The notes under the pieces were generated by a model. That model had not been told where the DNA came from, made no database searches, and was given only the letters and a program-made list of their open reading frames with translations. Made by a program: the position numbers and the translations under genes. This document shows, piece after piece, positions 49,236 through 58,099 of a stretch of 64,000 nucleotides of DNA. Each line of letters begins with the position of its first letter. Position 1 is the stretch's first letter. This DNA is from Chloroflexota bacterium (lineage in GTDB: Bacteria > Chloroflexota > Limnocylindria > Limnocylindrales > CSP1-4), in assembly GCA_046328155.1 (NCBI GenBank), contig JAXLXC010000002.1:63129-127128 (forward strand). Reading direction: 5' to 3'.

Positions 49236-49244
49236 CGACAGAGC

Positions 49245-50168
49245 ATGTACACCATCAAGCAGGCCGCGCTCCGAACCGGCATCCCGGTCGCGCTCCTTCG
49301 CCAGTGGGAGCGACGGTATGACGTCGTCCATCCGGCCCGGACCCCCTCGGGCTACCGCGCGTATGACGACGCGGCCATCGACCGCTTCCGCGCCATGCGC
49401 GCGCTCGTGGACGATGGGTGGGCGCCCAGCGCCGCGGCCGCGCGCGTGCGAGGCCTCGACGACGCGGACATCCGCGGGCTCGCCCGACCCCAGCCGGTGG
49501 CGCGCCCGATCGAGGGCCCGCCAGGGCCCGCCCTCACCGATGCGTTCCTCCGGGCGGCCGGCGACCTCGACCAGTCGGCGCTCGAGGACGTCCTGGACGA
49601 GATGTTCGGACGGGGCTCGTTCGAGCTCGTCGCGGAGCAGTCCCTGCTCCCCACGCTCCGCGCCTTGGGGGCCGCATGGGCCGGCGGGCGCGTGGACGTG
49701 GCCGCGGAGCATGCCGCCAGCCTCGCGGTCATGCGACGGCTGGCGAGCGCCTTCCAGGCCGCTGGCCGTCCGTCAGCCGGGCATCCGCTCGTCCTGGTCG
49801 GGCTGCCGCCCGGCGCCCGTCACGAGCTGGGTGCGTTCGTGTTCGCGGTCGCGGCGCGCCGCGCCGGCCTCGGGGTGCTGTACCTGGGTGCGGACCTGCC
49901 GGTCCGCGACTGGGTCGAGGCGATGGCGCAGACCGGCGCGCGCGCGGCCGTCGTGGGCGTGGTCAGCGATGCGGACGTGCCCGCCGCCGAGCGGGTCGCG
50001 GATGGCATCGCGGAGCAGTACCCCGCGCGCGTGGTCGCGTTCGGGGGTGGCGCGGCCGCGTCGGTGCCCGGTGGGCCCGCTCGGATGGCGCTGCCGACGG
50101 GCCTGACCCAGTCGGTCGACGCGCTGCGCGCGGCGGTCGACGGCTATCCGCCCGACCGGCCGCGATAG
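49245..50168 (+). CDS. CarH/LitR-family MerR-type regulator with adenosylcobalamin-binding (photoreceptor) domain
   Basis: MerR HTH MYTIKQAALRTGIPVALLRQWERRY. W-x9-EH motif (WAGGRVDVAAEH). B12-binding motif PGARHELGA...LYLGADLP. Confidence 0.75.
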   Translation: MYTIKQAALRTGIPVALLRQWERRYDVVHPARTPSGYRAYDDAAIDRFRAMRALVDDGWAPSAAAARVRGLDDADIRGLARPQPVARPIEGPPGPALTDAFLRAAGDLDQSALEDVLDEMFGRGSFELVAEQSLLPTLRALGAAWAGGRVDVAAEHAASLAVMRRLASAFQAAGRPSAGHPLVLVGLPPGARHELGAFVFAVAARRAGLGVLYLGADLPVRDWVEAMAQTGARAAVVGVVSDADVPAAERVADGIAEQYPARVVAFGGGAAASVPGGPARMALPTGLTQSVDALRAAVDGYPPDRPR

Positions 50169-51532
50169 GCATCGAGGGCACGCAGCCGGGCCGACGCATG
50201 GTCCACGACCTGCGCGAGATAGGCGCCCGCGGGCGGGTCGTGGACCGTGGCATCCGGGAGATCCCGGAGCTCCGGGACCCATCGCCGCACGTAGTCCCCA
50301 TGCGGGTCGTGGCGGATGGCCTGGAGCGTGGGGTTGAAGATCCGGTAGTACGGCTGCGGGTCGGTGCCCACCGACGCGGCCCACTGCCAGCCCCCGGCGT
50401 TGCTCGCCGGGTCGCCGTCGACGAGGTGCTCCATGAAGTGCGCCTCGCCCACGCGCCAGTCCACGCCAAGGTGCTTGGTCAGGAAGGACGCCACCACCAT
50501 GCGCGCCCGGTTGTGCATCCATCCCGTGGCGGTCAGCTGCCGCATCGCCGCATCGACCACGGGGTAGCCCGTCCGGCCGTCGCGCCACGCATCGACGACC
50601 CGCGGGTCGGTGGTCCACGCCACCGCGTCGAGCTCCTGGCGGAACGACCGGCGCGCGAGGCTCGGGTCGTGCCACAGGAGATGGGCATAGAAGTCGCGCC
50701 ACGCGATCTCGGTGCGGAACCGCGTCGGCCCGGGCCCAGGGCCGTCGCAGGCGTCCAGGACCTCGACCGGCGACAGGGTGCCCCAACGCAGGTCCTGGCT
50801 CAGCCGCGAGGTGCCGGGCAGGTCCAGACGGTCCCGCTCGGTGGCGTAGCGGACCAGCGCGTCGGACCGCGCCCATGCCGCGAGTCGCCCGCGGGCGGAC
50901 GGCTCGCCCGGCTCCAGCAGCAGCGAGGCGTCGGCGGTCGGTCGCGGATGGCCCAGCGCGTCATCGATCGCCAGCGCGCCCGAGACCTCGCCGCCCTCGG
51001 CCCAGGGGATCGCGTCCGGCGCCCCGAGCACCGGCCGGACGGCCATGGCCTCCCACACGCGGTGGAACGGCGAGAACACGCGGAGCCATCCGCCGTCCCC
51101 CCGATGGACCTCCTCCGGCTCGTGGACCAGCGACCCGCGGCCGACCCGCAGCTCGATGCCCGCGTCCCGGAGCCGCGCCCGGACCTCGTCATCGCGACGT
51201 CGGCCGTACGGCCCCAGGTCGCGGCTGGCGACCACCACGTTGGCGCCGACCGCCGCCGCCACCCGCGGCACCTCGTTGGTCGGCGGGCCGACCACCGTCA
51301 CCAGGGATGCGCCTCGCGCCTGGAGCCCCTCGTCCAGCCGCTCGAGGCATCGGGCCAGATGCCACAGCCGGTTCGGGCTCCGCCATCGGCCACGCAGCAG
51401 CGCGGGGTCGACCACGAACAGCGGCACCACGTGGTCGGCGACCTCGAGGGCGTGCGCCAGGGCCGGCAGGTCGTGCAGCCGCAGGTCCCGACGGAACCAC
51501 ACGACCGCGGTCGAGCCACGCGGCGACCCCAC
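50144..51532 (-). CDS. phr: deoxyribodipyrimidine (CPD) photolyase
   Basis: VVWFRRDLRLHD, TSRLSQDLRWG, TGYPVVDAAMRQLTATGWMHNRARM, DGDPASNAGGWQWAAS. GTG 51532 lies 5 nt after the permease stop. The 3' end overlaps the CarH-like gene by 25 nt. Confidence 0.85.
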   Translation of the reverse strand: MGSPRGSTAVVWFRRDLRLHDLPALAHALEVADHVVPLFVVDPALLRGRWRSPNRLWHLARCLERLDEGLQARGASLVTVVGPPTNEVPRVAAAVGANVVVASRDLGPYGRRRDDEVRARLRDAGIELRVGRGSLVHEPEEVHRGDGGWLRVFSPFHRVWEAMAVRPVLGAPDAIPWAEGGEVSGALAIDDALGHPRPTADASLLLEPGEPSARGRLAAWARSDALVRYATERDRLDLPGTSRLSQDLRWGTLSPVEVLDACDGPGPGPTRFRTEIAWRDFYAHLLWHDPSLARRSFRQELDAVAWTTDPRVVDAWRDGRTGYPVVDAAMRQLTATGWMHNRARMVVASFLTKHLGVDWRVGEAHFMEHLVDGDPASNAGGWQWAASVGTDPQPYYRIFNPTLQAIRHDPHGDYVRRWVPELRDLPDATVHDPPAGAYLAQVVDHASARLRALDAYRGRSGG

Positions 51533-51537
51533 CGGCG

Positions 51538-52818
51538 TCAGTCGCGCGCGAGGATCGCGCCCACGATCCGGCCGACGCTCGGTCGGACCCCGTACAGCAG
51601 GAGCGTCGCCCGGAACACCCGTGCCGACGCGATCGTGGCGAGCACCACGAACACGCCCAGCGTGGCCAGCGAGGCGACCACCATGGGCACCGGGATGGTC
51701 GCCGACACGGCGAGCACCAGGAGCATCGTGGCGGGCGTGGTGATGGGGAACAGCGCGAGGGCCCACACGAGCGGCGAGGACACGTCGCCGCCCAGGAACG
51801 CGCTGCTGAAGATGAGCGGGATGACCGCCATGAACCCGAAGAACCCGGAGTACTGCTGCGCCTCCCGGTTGCCCGGGGCGATGGCGCCGATGGCCGCGAA
51901 GATGGCGCCATAGGCGAGATAGCCCAGCACGAAGTAGAGCAGCGCCAGCAGGATCACGGTGGGGTCGAGCGAGACGTCGCCCAGCCCGCCGACCTGCGCC
52001 GCGATGAGGGGGATGGCGAGCAGCGTCGCGGCCACCCAGATGGCCACCTGGGTCAGCCCCGCCGCACCCAGCCCCACGACCTTGCCCGCCATCAGCGGCA
52101 GCGACGGCACCGAGCTGAGCAGGATCTCCACGACCCGGTTCTCCTTCTCCTCGGTCACCGATTGGAGCAGGTAGCCGCTGGTGATGAAGATGCTCATCAC
52201 GAACAGGAGCGTGAACCCGAAGGGCACCAGGAACGAGGCCACGGCGCCCAGCTCGGAGGTGGCCGCCCCGTCGATGGCCACGGCCGTCACCTGGACCGGC
52301 ACCACGATGCGCTGCGCCACGTCGCCGCTGACGCCGCTGCCGGCCAGCAGCGCCGAGCGGAGGACCGCCGCGAGGGCCTCGTCCTGCGAGGCGCGGCGCT
52401 GGAGGGCGTTGACGTCCAGCGGGCCGCCGCCGGTCTCGACCCGCTGCACCTCCGGCGACCGGGGCCACGTGGCGGGGATCACGTAGTACTCGGCGATGGT
52501 GCCGTCGCGGATGAGCTGGTCGGCCGCGTCGGCACCCACGACCTGCAGCAGCGGCGCCTGCGAGCGCAGCCCGACCGACGAGCGGTCGACCACGACCAGC
52601 TGCACCGACGCGCCCTCCGTGCCGCCCCCGGACGATGACGGCGCGAGCAACGCCGACAGCACGAACAGCGCCGCGAGGCCCAGCGGCAGCAGCAGCGTCC
52701 CGAAGATGAACCCCTTCCGGCGCACCGTGCGGAGGTAGTCGCGCCACGCGACCACGCCCATCAGGCGCAGAAAGCCGGTGCCACGACCCCCCGTCCGCCC
52801 GGTGCTGGCGTCCGTCAT
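51538..52818 (-). CDS. ABC-2-type exporter permease (NatB-like)
   Basis: Start MTDASTGRTGG (ATGA overlap at 52815-52818). N-terminal TM helix, large extracytoplasmic loop, five C-terminal TM helices, SVTEEKENRVVEILLSS motif. Confidence 0.75.
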   Translation of the reverse strand: MTDASTGRTGGRGTGFLRLMGVVAWRDYLRTVRRKGFIFGTLLLPLGLAALFVLSALLAPSSSGGGTEGASVQLVVVDRSSVGLRSQAPLLQVVGADAADQLIRDGTIAEYYVIPATWPRSPEVQRVETGGGPLDVNALQRRASQDEALAAVLRSALLAGSGVSGDVAQRIVVPVQVTAVAIDGAATSELGAVASFLVPFGFTLLFVMSIFITSGYLLQSVTEEKENRVVEILLSSVPSLPLMAGKVVGLGAAGLTQVAIWVAATLLAIPLIAAQVGGLGDVSLDPTVILLALLYFVLGYLAYGAIFAAIGAIAPGNREAQQYSGFFGFMAVIPLIFSSAFLGGDVSSPLVWALALFPITTPATMLLVLAVSATIPVPMVVASLATLGVFVVLATIASARVFRATLLLYGVRPSVGRIVGAILARD

Positions 52819-53789
52819 GCCACCATCGCCGTGCGAGCGTCGCCCGCGACCGCGCGCAGGAACACCTCGGACAGGTCGGGCGCGTCGAGCGAGAAGCGCT
52901 CCACCTGCGCGTCGCTCGCGGCGAGCTCGCGGAACAGGTCCTGCGCCGAGGCGCCCTCGCGCAGCAGGAACCGCACCCGGCCGTCCGCGGCGGTCACATG
53001 GCTCACGCTGCGGTACCGGGTCGGGTCGAGCGGCACGTCCCGGCCCACCACCTCGACGGCACCATCGCCGAAGGCCGCCCGCACGTCCGGCACGGTCCCG
53101 AACAGCAGCCGCCGACCGCCGTCGATGAGCAGGATCCGGTCGCACAGCGTCTGGGCGTCGCCCATGTCGTGGGTGCTCATGATCACCGCGGCACCCCGGT
53201 CCCGCTGCTCCAGCAGCACGCCCTTGAGGAGGTCCGCGTTGACCGGGTCCAGCCCCTGGAAGGGCTCGTCCACGATGAGCAGGTCGGGCTCGTTCATGAT
53301 GGTCGCGATGAGCTGGGCCTTCTGGTGCATGCCCCGCGACAGCTCGGCCGCCCGCTTGCGCATCGAGTCGCCCAGGCCCATCCGCTCCAGCAGGTCGGTG
53401 GCGCGCCTCCGGCTGTCCGCGGTGCTCATGCCGCGCAGCGCGCCGAAGTAGGTGAGCGTGTCCACCACGGGCACGTCGCGGTACAGGCCCCGGTCCTCCG
53501 GCAGGTAGCCCACCCGGGACTGGTGCTCCACGCCCGGCTCGCCGCCGAACACGCGGATCGTCCCCTGGTCGGGCCGGATGATGTCCAGGACCATGCGCAT
53601 GGTCGTGGTCTTGCCCGCGCCGTTGGGACCCAGGAAGCCCATCAGCTCGCCCGGCCGCACGTCGAACGAGAGCCCCTGCACCACGTCGGTCCGGCCGAAC
53701 CGCTTCCAGACGCCGTCCACCACGACGGCCGGCGCGTCGCCCCCTGGCGCGGTGCTGGCGGCGGAGGCTGTCGGGCCGGTCATGCCCAC
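52815..53789 (-). CDS. ABC-2-type exporter ATP-binding protein (NatA-like)
   Basis: GPNGAGKTTTMR, LSRGMHQKAQLIATI, LIVDEPFQGLD, plus a C-terminal accessory domain. Confidence 0.85.
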   Translation of the reverse strand: MGMTGPTASAASTAPGGDAPAVVVDGVWKRFGRTDVVQGLSFDVRPGELMGFLGPNGAGKTTTMRMVLDIIRPDQGTIRVFGGEPGVEHQSRVGYLPEDRGLYRDVPVVDTLTYFGALRGMSTADSRRRATDLLERMGLGDSMRKRAAELSRGMHQKAQLIATIMNEPDLLIVDEPFQGLDPVNADLLKGVLLEQRDRGAAVIMSTHDMGDAQTLCDRILLIDGGRRLLFGTVPDVRAAFGDGAVEVVGRDVPLDPTRYRSVSHVTAADGRVRFLLREGASAQDLFRELAASDAQVERFSLDAPDLSEVFLRAVAGDARTAMVA

Positions 53790-53840
53790 AGGCTACCGCA
53801 CGTGCCGGCGTCCCCCGGCCATCGGTGGGAGCATGCACGG

Positions 53841-54794
53841 ATGCGCATCGTGTCCCTCATCCCCGCCGCGACCGAGATCGTGTACGCCCTGGGCCTGGGT
53901 GACGAGCTGGTGGGTCGGTCGCCCGCCGACGACCACCCCGCGGAGGTCGCCGACGTCCCGGTCGTCGCGTGGGTCGACGCCGGCGACGGGTCCGCCCACC
54001 TGCCACCCCCCAGCCTCACGGGCACGACCCAGGCGACGCGGCCCTCGCCCCATCACATCGACCTCGACGCGCTGGCGCGAGCGCGCCCCGACCTCATCCT
54101 CACCCAGCGTCAGTGCCAGGCCTGCGCGGTGAGCCTCGACCAGGTGGAGCGCGCCGTGCGCACCATCGGCATCGACCCGACCATCGTCGCCCTCGAGGCG
54201 TCGAGCGTGGAGGGCATCCTCAACAGCATCTCCACGGTGGGCGCCTTCGCCGAGGCCGAGGACGAGGCGGTGGGGCTCATCGAGATTCTGCGCCAGCGTC
54301 TGGCGGCCGTGGAGGACCGGGTGCTCGAGCGGAGGCTCGCCGGCGTGGCCCCGCGCCGGGTGGTCATCCTGGAATGGCTCGAGCCGCCCTTCTCGTCGGG
54401 CCACTGGGTGCCCGAGATGGTGCGCCGGGCCGGCGGCTGGGACCTGCTGGGCCAGGAGGGCCAGCCCTCGGTGGAGGTGGGCTGGGAGCGCGTGCGGGAC
54501 GTGGACCCCGACCAGGTGCTCCTGGCGCCCTGCGGCATGGATGCCCTGGGCGCGGTCGCCGAGTGGGAGCAGGCGACGATGCCCGTGTGGCTCGACTCGC
54601 TGCGCGCGGTCCAGACGGGCGAGCTGGTCGCGGTGGACGGCGGCGGCCTGCTGTCGCGGCCCGGGCCACGCGTCATCGACGGCATCGCGATGCTCGCCGA
54701 GGTGTTCGACCCGGCGGGGCTCGCCGGGTTCGCGCCGGCCGGGTCGTGGCTGCCCGTGGGTCGCGCCACCGGGTCGGTCGGCGGGCTCCGCTAG
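53841..54794 (+). CDS. BtuF-like (class 8 periplasmic-binding-fold) cobalamin/siderophore-binding protein without signal peptide
   Basis: MRIVSLIPAATEIVYALGLGDELVGRS...ARPDLILT...VVILEWLEPPFSSGHWVPEMV...SRPGPRVIDGIAMLAE. No N-terminal hydrophobic leader. Confidence 0.6.
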   Translation: MRIVSLIPAATEIVYALGLGDELVGRSPADDHPAEVADVPVVAWVDAGDGSAHLPPPSLTGTTQATRPSPHHIDLDALARARPDLILTQRQCQACAVSLDQVERAVRTIGIDPTIVALEASSVEGILNSISTVGAFAEAEDEAVGLIEILRQRLAAVEDRVLERRLAGVAPRRVVILEWLEPPFSSGHWVPEMVRRAGGWDLLGQEGQPSVEVGWERVRDVDPDQVLLAPCGMDALGAVAEWEQATMPVWLDSLRAVQTGELVAVDGGGLLSRPGPRVIDGIAMLAEVFDPAGLAGFAPAGSWLPVGRATGSVGGLR

Positions 54795-54806
54795 CCCGCC
54801 TCGAGG

Positions 54807-55740
54807 ATGCCCTTCCGCGCCACGTTCGACTGCCTGTGGTGCGGCCGACCGTGCCGAGCGACGAGCGAGGCGGACCTGACGGGGTGGGCCGCCCTGTGCG
54901 CCGACTGCCTCGAGCGGGCGCAGGACAACGGCTTCCTGCGCTTCGGCTGCGCGCGGCACTGCGCGAGCGCGCCGGGGCGTCAGCGACCCAGCGGCCAACG
55001 GCGCCCGCGCCCTGCGGGACGCGCCGCCCGCGCCGGTGCTGGCCGCGCCGCCTGCCCCACCCCCGGCGGCTGGCCTCGATGCCGAGATGGTCGCCTACTA
55101 CGCGGCGCGTGCCCCGAGTACGACGACTGGTACCTGCGGCGTGGGCGCTACTCCGAGGCGCGGCGCGTGACCTGGCGTGGCACATGGAGCTGGACGCCGC
55201 GACCACCTGGCTCGACGCCCAGCCATTGGCCGGGGTCATCGTGGAGCTCGCGGCGGGCACGGGCTGGTGGTCGCCGCTGCTGGCGGGCAAGGGCGAGCTG
55301 TCGCTGTACGACGCCAACGAGGCGCCCCTCGACCGCGCGCGCGACCGGCTGCTGGCGCACTGGCTGCGCGCACATCCACGTCCGGGACGCATGGCCGAGC
55401 CCGACCGACAGGTCGATGGCGTGTTCTGCGGCTTCTGGCTGAGCCACGTGCCAGAGGAGCGACTGGGTGCGTTCCTCGCGCTCGTGGCCCGCTGGCTGCG
55501 ACCTGGTGGCCGGTTCGCGTTCATCGACTCGCTGCCCGACCCGGAGTCGGGTCCGGTTGACGTCGCGCCGGGGGCGCTCGATGGCGTCCAGGAGCGCCGC
55601 CTGGCGGATGGCCGCCAGTTCCGGGTGGTCAAGGTCTTCCGGACCCCAGACGCCTACGCGGACGCCCTCCGGGCCGGCGGGTTCGAATCGCCTGCCGTCA
55701 CCACCACCGGGCGCTTCTTCGTGACCGGCAGCGCGGTCAG
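54807..55740 (+). pseudogene. class-I SAM-dependent methyltransferase with N-terminal Cys-rich segment, about four frameshifts
   Basis: MPFRATFDCLWCGRP...CADCLERAQDNGFLRF, then RLRAALRERAG, then AEMVAYYAARAP, then EYDDWYLRRGRYS, then DLAWHMELDAATTWLD...VIVELAAGTGWWSPLL...FIDS. The pieces alternate between the three frames. One junction is a C4 run at about 55108. The 3' end is unclear. Confidence 0.55.
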
Positions 55741-56246
55741 GCCGGGCCGATCCGCACCGCCCGCGTGGCGGCGTCCCACACGACCACGTGCCGCTCCAGG
55801 GCGAAGCGCTCGTACATCCCATGCGCGATGCGCACGGCCGCCTGGTGGCCCGGCAGCCGCAGCGCCTGGTGCGCCTGCTCGGCCGAATCCCAGAGGCACA
55901 GGGACAGGCACTCGCGGTCCGCGGTGGGCTCGCCCTTGAAGTACAGCCGCAGCCCGCCCGAGTGGCGGGCCTCGAGATGCGCCCGGTCATCGAACTCGGT
56001 GAGGATGTCGGCGTCCGCGCCCATGCGTCGGACCGACCGGAAGACCACCAGGAACCACGGCCCGCCGGGCGCGCCCGCCAGGCAGCGCGCCCAGTCGAAC
56101 CCGTCCCGGACCGGTGCGGTCGCGTAGTCCCGTCGCGTCGGGTGGAGGAGGCCGCCGGTCCAGCCCGGCGTGGTGTGGCAGCCCGGCTCGCTGATCCGGG
56201 CTGGCGGGAGGGGCGCGAGGTGGGATGCGAGCTGGGCTGCGTCCAT
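55737..56246 (-). CDS. hypothetical protein
   Basis: 169 aa from ATG 56246 (MDAAQLASHLAPLPP...WFLVVFRSVRR...LSLCLWDSAEQAHQA...YERFALERHVVVW). Coding-like composition. Family not recognised. Confidence 0.4.
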   Translation of the reverse strand: MDAAQLASHLAPLPPARISEPGCHTTPGWTGGLLHPTRRDYATAPVRDGFDWARCLAGAPGGPWFLVVFRSVRRMGADADILTEFDDRAHLEARHSGGLRLYFKGEPTADRECLSLCLWDSAEQAHQALRLPGHQAAVRIAHGMYERFALERHVVVWDAATRAVRIGPA

Positions 56247-56438
56247 GGCGGCTCCTGTCGGCTGGGCGGCGCGGCAGGTGCCGCGTGCGGGTCGCTTCGA
56301 CCGGTCTGGGCACCGCCCGGTCGGCAGGTGGGGGCGGACCACCTGCTGGAATGTTTGTCGACCGGAATAATAGGACATGAGCCGAGATTGGGCCCGGACA
56401 CGCATGGCTGCTGCTGGGGCGACCCTCGCCGACTGGCC

Positions 56439-57014
56439 TCAGTCGTGCGGCGGTGGCTCGGTGGCGAGGCCCTCCACCACGGTCGCGCCGGGGCATCGGC
56501 ACAGGAGCTCGCCGGGCAGGATGAGCTTGGAGCCACGGATGCCGCTGCCGATGAGCGCCGTGGGCACGTCGCGGACCCGGGCATCCACGTACACCGGCCA
56601 GTCGGCGGGCAGCCCGATGGGCGTGATGCCGCCGTACTCCATGCCCGATGCGGCGACTGCCGCGTCCATGGGCATGAACGAGCACTTGCGCACCCCGAGG
56701 AGGTTGCGCATCACACGGTTGACGTCGGTGCGCGTGTCGGCGCGGATTGCAGCCGCACCCACCCGCTCGCGACCCTCGCGCGAGCCGGCGATGACGACGC
56801 AGTTGACGGACGCCTCGATGGGTACGCGATAGGCCGCCACGTAGGCCGCGGTGTCCGCGAGTCCGGGATCGCTCGCTGCCACCAGGACCAGGTCGGCCAC
56901 TGCGGGGAGCGTCTGCGCCCAGGCGAGCAACGCGGCGTGGGTCGGTGGGGCCAGCAGGTCGGGTCGGTCCAGGGCGGGCTGCCAGTCGAGCTCGCCCAGC
57001 GTGGTCGTGCGCAC
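56439..57014 (-). CDS. YbaK/EbsC-family aminoacyl-tRNA editing (deacylase) domain protein
   Basis: GTG 57014. ...NCVVIAGSREG...RKCSFMPMDAAVAASGMEYGGITPIGLP...IGSGIRGSKL. Confidence 0.65.
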   Translation of the reverse strand: MRTTTLGELDWQPALDRPDLLAPPTHAALLAWAQTLPAVADLVLVAASDPGLADTAAYVAAYRVPIEASVNCVVIAGSREGRERVGAAAIRADTRTDVNRVMRNLLGVRKCSFMPMDAAVAASGMEYGGITPIGLPADWPVYVDARVRDVPTALIGSGIRGSKLILPGELLCRCPGATVVEGLATEPPPHD

Positions 57015-57177
57015 CCGGGGATGATGCCGGACGGCCACCGCGACCGCTGACGATGTGTCCGTGCTGTGGCCCTTCCATGACGATCGATCGGATGGTTGGC
57101 GGAAGGGCCCTCGGGCACCAGCCGCCTCGGTCACGACCCGCGTGTCCAGCATGGGCCGGGCCACCCCATCCGCCACC

Positions 57178-57183
57178 TATACT
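57178..57183 (+). promoter_or_regulatory. -10 element TATACT positioned for a leaderless proC transcript
   Basis: TATACTccggcgcGTG: 7-nt spacer to GTG 57191, no Shine-Dalgarno. Confidence 0.4.
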
Positions 57184-57190
57184 CCGGCGC

Positions 57191-58042
57191 GTGTCACTGA
57201 ACGACGTCACCGTCGCGACCGTGGGCACCGGGGTCATGGCAGGGTCGATGATCACCGGGCTGCTCAAGGCGCAGCGGGTGCAGCCCGCCCGGCTCATCGC
57301 CAGCCATCCGCGCGCCGCGCGCCGCGACGAGCTGGCAGCGACGCATGGCATCCGGGTCACGGCCTCGAACGTCGACGCGGTGCGCGAGGCGGACGTGATC
57401 GTCCTGGGCATCAAGCCCCAGATGCTCAAGCGGGTCGGCGCGGAGCTGGCCCCCGTGCTCCGTGAGGGGCAGCTGGTCATCAGCGTCATCGCGGGCGCCA
57501 CCACGGGTGCCCTCGCCAACGTCCTGCGCTTCGACGCGCTCGTGCGCGCGATGCCCAACACGCCCGCGCAGCTGGGCCAGGGGATGACCGTGTGGTACGC
57601 CACGCCCAGCGTGAGCGCCTCGCAGCGCGAGCAGGCCGCCGAGCTGCTCCAGAGCCTGGGGCACCAGATCGAGGTCGAGGACGAGAAGTTCGTGGCCATG
57701 GCCACCGCCGTCAGCGGCACCGGCCCGGCGTACGTGTTCCTGGTCATGGAGGCGCTCATCGACGCGGCGGTCCATCTGGGCTTCCCGCGCCACGTGGCGC
57801 ACGACCTGGTCATCGAGACGCTCGAGGGCAGCACCTCGTTCGCCAAGGCGAGCGGGACGCACCCGGCGCAGCTCCGCAACATGGTCACCTCGCCAGGCGG
57901 CACGTCCGCCGCGGCCATCGCGGAGCTGGAGCGCGGTCGGCTGCGCACCGTGCTCTCGGAGGCGGTGTGGGCGGCCTACCGGCGCACCGACGAGCTGGGG
58001 CGCGAGCTGGAGGCCGCGACCGCGGACCCCCACGACGACTGA
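57191..58042 (+). CDS. proC: pyrroline-5-carboxylate reductase
   Basis: VATVGTGVMAGSMI, VIVLGIKPQ, RAMPNTPAQLGQGMT, AVSGTGPAYVF, VTSPGGTSAAAI. Confidence 0.85.
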   Translation: MSLNDVTVATVGTGVMAGSMITGLLKAQRVQPARLIASHPRAARRDELAATHGIRVTASNVDAVREADVIVLGIKPQMLKRVGAELAPVLREGQLVISVIAGATTGALANVLRFDALVRAMPNTPAQLGQGMTVWYATPSVSASQREQAAELLQSLGHQIEVEDEKFVAMATAVSGTGPAYVFLVMEALIDAAVHLGFPRHVAHDLVIETLEGSTSFAKASGTHPAQLRNMVTSPGGTSAAAIAELERGRLRTVLSEAVWAAYRRTDELGRELEAATADPHDD

Positions 58043-58099
58043 CCGGCCGGAGACGCCGGCTTCGGGCACCGAGGCCCCGGGGTCGGGCGCCGACCCGAC

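Noticed and set aside
50144-52747. 867-aa ORF that would fuse photolyase to a long N-terminal extension
   Set aside because: The extension is out of frame with, and overlaps, the well-supported permease gene 51538..52818. Photolyase homology begins at VVWFRRDLRL, so the start was reassigned to GTG 51532.
53790-53840. Cobalamin riboswitch in front of the BtuF-like gene
   Set aside because: The divergent intergenic region is only 51 nt, too short for the aptamer, and no B12-box-like sequence is present.
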